From assembly GCA_964578315.1 (NCBI GenBank), contig CAZOCN010000001.1, forward strand, positions 1 through 38,300: DNA of 38,300 nucleotides, in the 5' to 3' direction. Positions 1-8,485 of this stretch are shown one piece after another; positions within the stretch are counted from its first letter, which is position 1, and each line of letters begins with the position of its first letter. Source of the DNA: an uncultured Candidatus Bathyarchaeia archaeon (GTDB lineage: Archaea; Thermoproteota; Bathyarchaeia; Bathyarchaeales; CAZOCN01). The notes beneath the pieces are model-generated. The model made no database searches, was not told the DNA's origin, and saw only the letters and a program-made list of their open reading frames with translations. Both the position numbers and the translations under genes were made by a program.

Positions 1-501
1 TATGCGTCTATAAAAAGCTTTCAGAGTCCGTTTTATCTCTCTTCGGGTCTTTGGAATCTCTCGGATAGTAACAGTGAATCTATTCCCTGTAGAAGAGCCG
101 AGGGTTATGGGCTCTTCAGCGTATGTGAAGTCTTTCAATTTGAGGTCTTTGAGCCTAACCTTCCTCAATTCTGGAATCTTCTTTTTCCATACTGAGACCC
201 TCTGAGCTGTGAGCGCTCTTTTATCCTTCTGTCCGGCGAAGCCGAATCTTTTTAGTGAACATTTGAGTTGGAACCCCATGTAACGGAGGGCCTTCACCGT
301 GTCCCAGTTCCTCTTTATTAATGTGAAGTGCAGGAAGTCCTTTGGTTCATGGATTTTTGATTGAAGGAGGTCTTTCAACGCTTGGAATATAGAGTAATCT
401 ACTGTGACTACTCTGTCGTTCCAGAGTTCTTCAACGATGAAGTCTTCCGGCTGAACCTTGATGCGACCACCGAGGCCTTCCCACGCCAATACATACGCCA
501 A
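1..501 (-). CDS. truD: tRNA pseudouridine synthase D (TruD/Pus7 family), N-terminal ~165 aa; the gene runs off the left edge of the window
   Basis: This gene is not in the ORF track because it has no in-window stop. My minus-strand translation of 1..501 is open and reads ...LAWEGLGGRIKVQPEDFIVEELW...LKRFGFAGQKDKRALTAQRVSVW.... The GG-x-IK-x-x-PEDF-x-V-E-E block and the FGFAG-x-KDK-x-A-x-T-x-Q block (catalytic Asp) are TruD signatures. I assigned the start to TTG 501..499, the first canonical start after the in-frame TAA at 537..535; this start is uncertain. Confidence 0.75.
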   Translation of the reverse strand, partial: MAYVLAWEGLGGRIKVQPEDFIVEELWNDRVVTVDYSIFQALKDLLQSKIHEPKDFLHFTLIKRNWDTVKALRYMGFQLKCSLKRFGFAGQKDKRALTAQRVSVWKKKIPELRKVRLKDLKLKDFTYAEEPITLGSSTGNRFTVTIREIPKTRREIKRTLKAFYRRI

Positions 502-509
502 CCATTCAC

Positions 510-881
510 TTAATGTAAAAAGGCTTCTCGTGTATTACGAACTATCACTTTATAGCCCTCTTCCGGGTCCTCAACATTTGACACTGATTCTTCAAAGGGA
601 CAGACTCCTCTGCCGTCTTTGCTAAGTATATTCTTAACCGTTCTCTCCGCTTGATATCGAACTCCGTTCTTCCTTAATACGCGGATCGCCCCTTCGCTTA
701 TAGTCCCCGCGAAGGCTTCTTCTGCTTTAAAATAGCTGATTAGGAGAGCTGCAGCTTTACCTATTATTTTGTCAACGACGGTTGAGCCAGCCAACTCTTT
801 GAGGCCTAACTCTGAAATAGCCTCTAGGAGAGGGAGCATCCCCATCTTTCGACTGGAGTAGAGAATTTTTGATCCTTTCAT
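510..881 (-). CDS. DUF1893 / TM1506-family protein (deaminase-like fold, function unknown)
   Basis: ORF-track 123 aa. The blocks VVDKIIGKAAALL and GVCPFEE match my recollection of the DUF1893 family. The stop lies 8 nt before the putative truD start. The frame stays open and protein-like upstream to about 954 (see findings). Confidence 0.55.
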   Translation of the reverse strand: MKGSKILYSSRKMGMLPLLEAISELGLKELAGSTVVDKIIGKAAALLISYFKAEEAFAGTISEGAIRVLRKNGVRYQAERTVKNILSKDGRGVCPFEESVSNVEDPEEGYKVIVRNTREAFLH

Positions 882-1190
882 GATGTAGAGGTTCAGCTTC
901 TCCTCTTCCAGTTTGTTAAGGAAATCTTGTAACTCCGTAGTTTTTATCCCCCTCAGTTAAAGACTTTTTAGGAGAGGATAGCTCCTTTCAATATTGAGGC
1001 GATGTATAAACTATAAGAAAACTCTTTCTACTCTTATCATATGTCTACCTGGAGTTTAAGAGGAAGGTGCTTATTACAATTTTAACGGATGAGGAATGGT
1101 AACTATATTTATGTACCGTATTTCACAAATACTGAATAGGAGTCGCTAAAAATCGGTTAATTATTAGTTAGTCTTGGATGGAGAGAGTGG

Positions 1191-2543
1191 ATGCCGAGGT
1201 TTATTGATCTATTTATGGAAGTACTTAGAGCGAAGAAGACTTCTATGAGAGAGAAACTTGGAATGAAAGAGGACTCTATTATAAATGAAGCACTAAAAGC
1301 AGTCTTCGATAGGAATTGGCACCAGATTCCTCGAGAAGACCTCGAGGAAGTACACGTATTCGCCGTTGATGGTAGCAGGGCGATGAGAGAATATGTTGGA
1401 GGGGCTAGATTTTATGTTACAAGGGCTTTCGGTGTGACGAATAAGGGAGAGAAGGCGAGATTACTGGATAGCGACGTGTTCTATGCTAGAGGGAGAGAGG
1501 AGGAGGTGCAGGGTTACATCTCCCTGAAAACGGAGTTCGTTGAGATGAAACTCGCCTTACAGAACGTGAAGAAGCTCAAGGGAGACTTGAAGTTTATACT
1601 TATTGACGGGTCACTCTATGGAAGGATGTCGCACCTCTTTAGGGAGTTCCCAGTAGACGGAGACTCAGCCTTCTCACTAGATTATATAAAATTATACTCA
1701 GAACTCTTGGAGAAATGCAAAGAGAACAACATTCATCTAGTAGGGGTAAGTAAAGATTCTAGAGCTAATTTTACAAAAACCCTCCTACTCAAAGAACTCT
1801 TTTCTGAAGAACTGAAAGCACTAAAGGAAACATTAACTCCAGAGGAGAGATTAACCCTCTCAAGATGCTTCAAAACCATCAATACAAATCCAAATTTCAC
1901 TTTTGAGAAGTTAACCGAACTGAAGAAGAGGCATGGAAGAGCGTTAGAAAAAATGGAGGCTATACTATTGGAGGCTCGTATCGGTACAGACTTCCAGATG
2001 ATCTCTCATTTCGCTTCTTCTCCGGGATACACGACCCCGGTAGAGCTGGGAGCTCAAGAGCAGGCTATGACGATGCTGAAGAATATTTCACGAAACGCCG
2101 AGGGCTACGTGAGACATAATTTTAAGAACGCCATCGTCGAGAATTATAATCGAAGAGATGAGTTTTTAAGGGAGGCTGTAGAGACAATCCGTCTAATTCT
2201 GAATTTCCCTACTGTGGTATCCTTTCATGTTCTATTCGATCCAAGAGATACTCCAATCCGTGTAGATGTTCCATCTTGGGACGTCGGACTGGATAACACT
2301 ATGAGAGAACTCACCGGAAACCTCCTCCTGTATGAATTTAAGGAGAAGGTTGAAGAGGTTCTCCGACTTTTACTTTCGGGTTATGGGGGACTACGAAACT
2401 ACAATGTTTGGTTGAAATACGCTGATGATATGGTGAAGCTTCATTTACGAGACGTAGATGACATTTATGAGAGAGCCCTAGAAAGAGAGCTTGGCTTTTT
2501 ACTTATTCATACAAGGGGGTATAGGCGTGTACAATACCCGTGA
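1191..2543 (+). CDS. nurA: NurA 5'-3' nuclease
   Basis: The NurA-domain blocks are present: VFAVDGSR, FILIDGSLYGR and LVGVSKDSRA. It is the first gene of a tightly coupled nurA-herA-mre11-rad50 run. An SD-like GGAGAGAG precedes the ATG. Confidence 0.85.
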   Translation: MPRFIDLFMEVLRAKKTSMREKLGMKEDSIINEALKAVFDRNWHQIPREDLEEVHVFAVDGSRAMREYVGGARFYVTRAFGVTNKGEKARLLDSDVFYARGREEEVQGYISLKTEFVEMKLALQNVKKLKGDLKFILIDGSLYGRMSHLFREFPVDGDSAFSLDYIKLYSELLEKCKENNIHLVGVSKDSRANFTKTLLLKELFSEELKALKETLTPEERLTLSRCFKTINTNPNFTFEKLTELKKRHGRALEKMEAILLEARIGTDFQMISHFASSPGYTTPVELGAQEQAMTMLKNISRNAEGYVRHNFKNAIVENYNRRDEFLREAVETIRLILNFPTVVSFHVLFDPRDTPIRVDVPSWDVGLDNTMRELTGNLLLYEFKEKVEEVLRLLLSGYGGLRNYNVWLKYADDMVKLHLRDVDDIYERALERELGFLLIHTRGYRRVQYP

Positions 2544-4152
2544 ATTAAGGACTGTAGGTTTCATCGTTAGTGAGGCAACCTCATCAGAGTTCTTCTTCAT
2601 ATCCAGCCAAGAGGAGTACCCACCTAAATGGGAGTACTTGCTCGTAACCGGAACAGAATACGTAGATGATGCATTACGACCGGTAGAGGTTCTGGCGCAG
2701 GTGGAAAAGGTGATCTCTAAAAGTGATACGTTGACTGAGAGACTTGACGTGGAGCAATTGGAGAGGATGAAGAAGGCGGGAATAGAGGAAGCGCGGGCTG
2801 TAGGAGTGGCCCGTATACTCGGGTATATGGTTGAAGGAGATTCAGGGATGGAAGGGCGTGTCTTGATGCCTAGAAGGGCCATGATCCCTGGTAACCCCGT
2901 GTATATTGCTCCTCAAGAGCTCCTAGAGAGGTTCTTCTCCTTTCCGGAGGAAGAGGGGCTTTATGTAGGAAACCTCATATCTAGACCTGATGTGCCAGTG
3001 AAGCTCTCCGTGGCTGGTTTCCGTCGGCACCTCGCCATAATAGCTCAAACCGGAGCTGGGAAAAGCTACTGCGCAGGCGTTTTAATCGAAGAGCTCCTAG
3101 AGAAGGGGGCCTCCATCCTGGTGATAGACCCTCACGCTGACTATGTATTCCTCTCTTTAACAGATGAAGGTGGGAGATACGAGTATGCTGATAGAGTAAC
3201 CATCTTCAGGAACCCAGCTAGTACAGGTAGGTACGGAGAACAAGATGTGGGAAAACTTCAATCTTACGAGATCTCCTTCCAAAATTTGAGCGAGGACGAA
3301 GTCTGTGACATTGCGGGCATTCTAGAGAGATGGAAGAATCTGCGGGATGCTGTAAGAGAAGCCCTCGAGAGACTGCGTGAGGAGAAGAAGTATTACCAAC
3401 CTGGAGACCTATTGAGGGTTATGGAGGAGCTTTCGGAAGAAAGCGGACGGAAGAGTGAGAGAGGTTACTTCCTTTCAGCTATGAAGTACATACGGAAGTT
3501 GAATAAACTCAGAGTCTTTACGTACCAATCCACACCTATCGCCTCCCTCTTAAAACCGATGCACGTTTCCGTTATCGACTTGTCTGGCTTAGAGGATGTC
3601 AGCATGGACTACATCACTTCACGAATACTAGAAGAAGCCTTCACTACAATCATAAACGGTGAATTTGAATACCCAGTCTTCGTTTTCATAGAAGAAGCCC
3701 ACAGGTTTATACCATATTCGGGCCGCTCCACCTTCAGCACTCCAATCATTAAGAGGATAGCCTCTGAAGGCCGTAAGTTCGGACTCTTCCTTATACTCAT
3801 AACACAGCGTCCATCTAAAATCCATCCGGATAGCCTAAGCCAATGCAATAGTCAAATTATAATGAAATTAACTAACCCCAGCGACCAGAAGGCTGTCTCT
3901 GAAAGCTCGGAGAGGCTTAGCCAAGACTTACTCGATGATCTTCCGGGGTTAAATCCCGGTGAAGCCGTCATAGTAGGTGAAGTAACTAAGACTCCTGTTA
4001 TGGTGAGGGTGAGGAGGAGGAAGACTAGGGAGGGCGGGGCGGATATAGACATAGTTGAGAGATTGAAAGAAGCGAGGAGGACGGTTATACGGGAAGCTAG
4101 TTGGAATGTTGAACGTGAAGAGAAGTTTACAGGAGTCTTTTCGGAGGTCTAG
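2491..4152 (+). CDS. herA: HerA hexameric DNA translocase/helicase (FtsK-HerA superfamily ATPase)
   Basis: It has an N-terminal HAS-barrel-like segment (VGFIVSEATSSEFFFIS), Walker A (AIIAQTGAGKSY), Walker B (VFVFIEEAHRF) and the LILITQRPS block. It overlaps the nurA 3' end. GTG at 2527 sits 6 nt after AAGGGGGT and is a more likely start than TTG 2491. Confidence 0.9.
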   Translation: MAFYLFIQGGIGVYNTRELRTVGFIVSEATSSEFFFISSQEEYPPKWEYLLVTGTEYVDDALRPVEVLAQVEKVISKSDTLTERLDVEQLERMKKAGIEEARAVGVARILGYMVEGDSGMEGRVLMPRRAMIPGNPVYIAPQELLERFFSFPEEEGLYVGNLISRPDVPVKLSVAGFRRHLAIIAQTGAGKSYCAGVLIEELLEKGASILVIDPHADYVFLSLTDEGGRYEYADRVTIFRNPASTGRYGEQDVGKLQSYEISFQNLSEDEVCDIAGILERWKNLRDAVREALERLREEKKYYQPGDLLRVMEELSEESGRKSERGYFLSAMKYIRKLNKLRVFTYQSTPIASLLKPMHVSVIDLSGLEDVSMDYITSRILEEAFTTIINGEFEYPVFVFIEEAHRFIPYSGRSTFSTPIIKRIASEGRKFGLFLILITQRPSKIHPDSLSQCNSQIIMKLTNPSDQKAVSESSERLSQDLLDDLPGLNPGEAVIVGEVTKTPVMVRVRRRKTREGGADIDIVERLKEARRTVIREASWNVEREEKFTGVFSEV

Positions 4153-4155
4153 AAT

Positions 4156-5310
4156 TTGGGGTTACAGGTAGTCCTTACTGCAGATAACCACCTTGACCCT
4201 CCGGCAGTAATGTTCGGTTCTAAAAGGTATGAACGGAAAGGCGACTTCCTCCGTTGCTTTGGGGAGGTTGTAGATTTCGCATTAGAAAACAAGCCGGATA
4301 TCTTTCTGGTCTCCGGAGACTTCTTCGACCATATACAACCTAGGAATCCCACACGTACCAGAATCATGGGTTACTTCAAAAGTCTTTACGACTCTGGAAT
4401 CAAAGTTTTCCTTATCAGCGGACACCACGATACTCCGAAGAGTGCTGAGCAGGGAATGTCCCCTCTAGCTGTCTACGGGAGATCAGGCTACGCCAAATAT
4501 TTCCAAAACTCGACACGATTGGAGTCTGTTTCCTTGGAGATAGATGGGCTAAAAACTATCATCTCAGGGATGAGTTATAATCCGACTTTATCTTGGGATG
4601 AAGACCCCTTAAAGGACGTGAAGTTACCCAAAGTGGGCGACGTCAATATTATGCTACTTCACTATCCGATATCAGGGTTTAAGGGCTATTACGCTAATGA
4701 ACCTAAAGTGCAGCCGGGGTCCATCCCAGCCGACCTTCAACTAGTCGCTGCGGGACATCTCCATTCGTACCAGAGAGAGAAGATCGGCGATGTGGAAGTA
4801 GTATACCCTGGGAGTACGGAGAGGGTGGACTTCTCTGAGGAGGGGGAGGAGAAGGGCTTCGTATGGTTGGAGCTGGATAAGTCTGGCGTAGTCTCAGAAG
4901 AGTTCATCAAAACGCATGCTAGGGAAATGAAGACTCTTGAGTATAAAGTGGAGAAGCGGGGGAAGATAAGCGATTCCCTAAAGAGCGCCCTTTATAAAAT
5001 CAAAGATCCGGAATTGATCCTCCGTGTACGTCTATTAGGGGAAGTCAGCGTCAAGCGTCTGAGCACCTATAGAAGGGCGGACATCCTATCCTTCGCAGAA
5101 GAGCTCTTCTTCACTTTACTCATAGATGAAAGTAGGTTGGAGATCGAGGATTTAGGAGCCCTCGAACCTCTTCCTCAGACTACCCCCTTAAAACAGTTAT
5201 CCTTTTACTTCCAGAAACGGATGGAGAAAGCTGAAAGTATGGAGAAGGCGCTTCTCCGTGAGGCTCTTAGGATCTGTGAGAAGAAGTTGCAGGAGGCTGG
5301 AGGATGGTAA
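4156..5310 (+). CDS. mre11: Mre11 nuclease (calcineurin-like phosphoesterase)
   Basis: The phosphoesterase motifs are present: I LTADNHLD, II VSGDFFD, III ISGHHD (normally GNHD), IV MLLHYP and V AAGHLHS. The TTG start lies 7 nt after GGAGGT and 3 nt after the herA stop. Confidence 0.9.
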   Translation: MGLQVVLTADNHLDPPAVMFGSKRYERKGDFLRCFGEVVDFALENKPDIFLVSGDFFDHIQPRNPTRTRIMGYFKSLYDSGIKVFLISGHHDTPKSAEQGMSPLAVYGRSGYAKYFQNSTRLESVSLEIDGLKTIISGMSYNPTLSWDEDPLKDVKLPKVGDVNIMLLHYPISGFKGYYANEPKVQPGSIPADLQLVAAGHLHSYQREKIGDVEVVYPGSTERVDFSEEGEEKGFVWLELDKSGVVSEEFIKTHAREMKTLEYKVEKRGKISDSLKSALYKIKDPELILRVRLLGEVSVKRLSTYRRADILSFAEELFFTLLIDESRLEIEDLGALEPLPQTTPLKQLSFYFQKRMEKAESMEKALLREALRICEKKLQEAGGW

Positions 5311-7622
5311 AGCTCCTGGAGGTTTACGCTTCTAACTTCAAAAAACCGGTTTTTGATAAGGAACTCCGTATGCCTGAAGGCGTTACCTTGATTTGTGGAC
5401 CGAATGAGAGCGGGAAATCGACGATATTGGACATTATACTCTACGCATTTTATTCGAGGGTGATAAGACCAAGCGCTAGACCCTCCGATGAAGATCTAAT
5501 CACTTATAGAAAGAGACATGCTAAAGTGAGAGTTCGCTTCTTATCGGGAAATAGGGAGCTCCGTGTTGAGAGAGACCTATACTTGAATAAACCGAATAAG
5601 GCTCGGCTTTGGATTAAGAAGGCTGATGGGAAATGGGAAGTAGCAGCTACTGGTCAGAGGCAAGTCACGGAGCAAGTTAAGAGATACTTAGGAGGGGTCT
5701 CCTTTCACGAGATGGTCGCCAGTAACGTAGTCGCCCAGAAGGACCTAGAGCACCTCGTGGAGCAGGGTAGAGAGGATAGAATCAAAGTTGTAAACGCCTT
5801 CATGAACCTTGACTGCTTCAACACAGCCTTGAAGGACTTAAATGAGGAACGAAGAAACCTCGAGGGAACCCATAGTAGACCTGGAAAATTAACTCTGGAA
5901 AGGCAGAAACTCGAAGAGTTACAACGGAGACTCGAAGAGTACAGAGAGAAAGAGAGGGAATTCAAGAAGTTAGAGAAGAGTGTTCAATGGCTTGAAAATG
6001 AAGTTAAGCGAATCGGTGCAGAATTGGAGGAGACAACAAAACTCTACACTTCTCTAGAAGCCTATAAAAAAGCCCGTGATAGGAGAAGGCAGCTGAGCCA
6101 GAATATCGACGCTCAGAAGAAGCTTCTGAGAGAACTTGAGAGCCGCTTGAGGGAGCTTGAAACCGTTGAGAAACGCCTTGAAGAGACGCAGAGAGAACTT
6201 GCCGGGTTCTCTGATCTCGAGAGCGCAGAGAGAGTGTTAATGGAGGTCGAAGAGATGAAGGGGCAAGCCTCACGTTTAACCATCAGAAAGGAGGAGGTTG
6301 GGAAGAGAGTTGAGGAAGTCAGAGGGGCTATAGCTCAGCTGGAAAGAGAGCTTTCAGGTTTCGACAAGAAGAAGATTGAAGGAATCAAGCGGAGGAGGCT
6401 GTTAACGTGGCCGTTGCTTATAGGCGCTGTGATCTGCTTCTTAGCCGCCTTCGTAATGCTGAGTATGAACCTGCCCCAGTTTATGGCAGTCGGAGTGGTC
6501 CTTGTAGGGATTCTCCTCATCGTATCTATGGCATACCAGATCTCTATGGAAACGAAAGCTAGGCTTCTGATCTCCAAGGTTCAATCTTTGGAGGATCATC
6601 AGAAGACTCTTCAGTCGTTAACTGGTGAAATCGAAGCCTTGGAAAGCGATCTCTCCAAGTTAACAGCGGAAGCCCTTGAAAGATGCAGAAGCATACGTCG
6701 CTATGCAGAGTTGATGGAAGGGCGGCGATGGGAGAATCTGGAGGAGGCGGTGAGTCAACTATCACGTCTCCTTGGAAGCGACAAGGAGAAGGTTAACAAC
6801 TTAAAGGAGAGGATGAGAAACCTCAAGTCTCAACTGGAAGGGAAATCCTCTCTTGAAAAGAAAAGAGAGAGATACCTTAAAGAGTTGGAAGAACTCGAGA
6901 AGGAAGCTAAGGGAATAGTCTTTCCAGAGCTCCCTGAAGGAGTAGTCTTCTCAGATGAGGTTTATGAAAAAACTAAAGGGTATAAAAAGGATTTAGAGAG
7001 TAACTTCACTCATAATAAAGCGCTTCTTAATGAACGGAGAACCCGGTTAAAGGAGATCTCGGATTTTCTAGTGAATAATCAGGAGGTTCCTGATAAGGAA
7101 AGGACTCAGAGAGAAGTAGTTGAGAAATTGGAGCGACGTGTTCAAGTTGTTAAGATAGCCATCGAAGCCTTAGAGAAGACTGCAGAGTCCCTACGAGAAC
7201 GCGTAAGGCCGAATGTGGAGAGGTATATGAGCCGCATCCTACCGAGCATAACAAATGGACGCTACCGAGCTGTGCAACTGGATGAGGACTACAACCTTAA
7301 GGTTTGGGATCCAGACGCTGGAGAGTTCAGGGCGAAGGAGGTCTTCTCTGGAGGAACGGAGGATCAGTTCCTCCTTGCCATGAGGCTGGCTTTCGCTTTA
7401 GCGTTGATGCCAGAGTCTAAAGGAACAAGCCCGGAGTTCCTCTTTTTGGACGAGCCTCTGGCGAGCTCTGACGCCGATAGAAGGGAAGGGATTATACGCT
7501 TTATTAAAGAGGATCTCTCCGCCAAGTTCAAGCAGATATTCATCATCAGCCACATCTCGGATCTAGAGAGCGAAGTGGATCACGTCATTCGACTCGAAGA
7601 CGGAAGAATACTCCAATATTAA
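5304..7622 (+). CDS. rad50: Rad50-type SMC-like ATPase, atypical: no zinc hook, central hydrophobic hairpin
   Basis: It has Walker A (GPNESGKST), a Q-loop (VVAQKD), long heptad-rich E/K/R/L arms, the signature motif FSGGTEDQ, Walker B (FLFLDEP) and an H-loop (IISHISD). Its ATG overlaps the mre11 stop (ATGGTAA). None of the four Cys residues forms a CxxC. Confidence 0.85.
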   Translation: MVKLLEVYASNFKKPVFDKELRMPEGVTLICGPNESGKSTILDIILYAFYSRVIRPSARPSDEDLITYRKRHAKVRVRFLSGNRELRVERDLYLNKPNKARLWIKKADGKWEVAATGQRQVTEQVKRYLGGVSFHEMVASNVVAQKDLEHLVEQGREDRIKVVNAFMNLDCFNTALKDLNEERRNLEGTHSRPGKLTLERQKLEELQRRLEEYREKEREFKKLEKSVQWLENEVKRIGAELEETTKLYTSLEAYKKARDRRRQLSQNIDAQKKLLRELESRLRELETVEKRLEETQRELAGFSDLESAERVLMEVEEMKGQASRLTIRKEEVGKRVEEVRGAIAQLERELSGFDKKKIEGIKRRRLLTWPLLIGAVICFLAAFVMLSMNLPQFMAVGVVLVGILLIVSMAYQISMETKARLLISKVQSLEDHQKTLQSLTGEIEALESDLSKLTAEALERCRSIRRYAELMEGRRWENLEEAVSQLSRLLGSDKEKVNNLKERMRNLKSQLEGKSSLEKKRERYLKELEELEKEAKGIVFPELPEGVVFSDEVYEKTKGYKKDLESNFTHNKALLNERRTRLKEISDFLVNNQEVPDKERTQREVVEKLERRVQVVKIAIEALEKTAESLRERVRPNVERYMSRILPSITNGRYRAVQLDEDYNLKVWDPDAGEFRAKEVFSGGTEDQFLLAMRLAFALALMPESKGTSPEFLFLDEPLASSDADRREGIIRFIKEDLSAKFKQIFIISHISDLESEVDHVIRLEDGRILQY

Positions 7623-7702
7623 AGCATCAAATGCGTGACTTTAGGGAGAACACCCCCTAGCCTTATCTATTTGGCACCTCAATTAACGTAAACTCTTTCT
7701 TT

Positions 7703-8485
7703 GTGTTACGCCTACTTACTAGGGTGAGGAACGGGTTGAAATTGTCTGAGCATGTGAAGATAATAGAGAAGGCTCCCGTAACGCCTGGGACGACCATGCT
7801 GTACGGGTTACCTGACGTTGGGTTGGTAGGTCTCATAGCAACTACCCATGTTAAATCCCAGAAGAAACTTACAGAAGTAGCGCAGTTAGATTCAGATTAC
7901 ATGCCGCCCATAACAGTCCTGCATGATGGATTACCTCATACACCCCTCCGCATCTCCAGTAATGGTTCAATAACGACGGTGGTCTCTGAAATAGCTGTGC
8001 CAGCAACGGCGTTGAGACCGATTATGAATGCGCTTCTAGAATGGAGCGTAGAGAAGAAAGTTGGGACTATAATATCGATCAGTGGAATACCAGTCCCTAA
8101 TAGACAGGAGATTAAGGAGCCTAGAGTCTTCGGCGCCGCTTCCACACCCCTCATGCTTAAACATCTAGAGGATAATGGGGTCAAAGTTCTGAAGGAAGGG
8201 TACATCGTTGGTCCAAGCGCCCTTATCTTAAGATACTGCGCTGAAAATAACGTTCCCGCCATCGTGCTCTTAGCGGAATCCTTCTACGGATTTCCAGACC
8301 CAGACGCCGCCGCAGCCGCCCTTACAGAGCTCTCGAAGATAACGGATGTCAAAGTTGACGTTTCAAAGCTGTTGGAGAAGGGGGAGGAGATAAGGTTGAG
8401 GACGAGGGACATGATGAGGAGGACGCAGAGGGAATTAACTGAGATGAAGAAGTCTCAAGAATACGATTTGCCGTTATATGTTTAG
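7703..8485 (+). CDS. PAC2-family proteasome assembly chaperone (PbaA/PbaB-like)
   Basis: The LYGLPDVGLVGLIA block is typical of PAC2/DUF75 proteins. The C-terminus ends in LYV, a hydrophobic-Tyr-X (HbYX) proteasome-docking tripeptide. TTG at 7736, 6 nt after GGTGAGG, is the more likely start. Confidence 0.7.
   Translation: MLRLLTRVRNGLKLSEHVKIIEKAPVTPGTTMLYGLPDVGLVGLIATTHVKSQKKLTEVAQLDSDYMPPITVLHDGLPHTPLRISSNGSITTVVSEIAVPATALRPIMNALLEWSVEKKVGTIISISGIPVPNRQEIKEPRVFGAASTPLMLKHLEDNGVKVLKEGYIVGPSALILRYCAENNVPAIVLLAESFYGFPDPDAAAAALTELSKITDVKVDVSKLLEKGEEIRLRTRDMMRRTQRELTEMKKSQEYDLPLYV

Noticed and set aside
1086-1136. A possible C/D-box sRNA: cgGATGA at 1086..1092 and CTGA at 1132..1135, about 40 nt apart in the nurA upstream spacer.
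   Set aside because: The C box deviates at its first two positions. I found no convincing internal D'/C' boxes and no complementary terminal stem. The region is better explained as the nurA promoter, with an AACTATATTTATG TATA-like element.
2499-2882. The 127-aa minus-strand ORF and similar track ORFs at 3609..3848, 3628..3825, 3852..4052, 4149..4367, 5705..5965, 6004..6273, 6335..6577, 6559..6765 and 7364..7555.
   Set aside because: All lie antisense inside well-supported nurA/herA/mre11/rad50 coding sequence. Their composition is S/P/R/L-rich and low-complexity, with no recognisable motifs. They are typical shadow ORFs.
1191-4152. HerA plus a nuclease as an anti-phage module, by analogy with HerA-associated defence systems.
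   Set aside because: The nuclease is a standard NurA, and the pair is translationally coupled to Mre11 and Rad50. This is the canonical archaeal end-resection operon.
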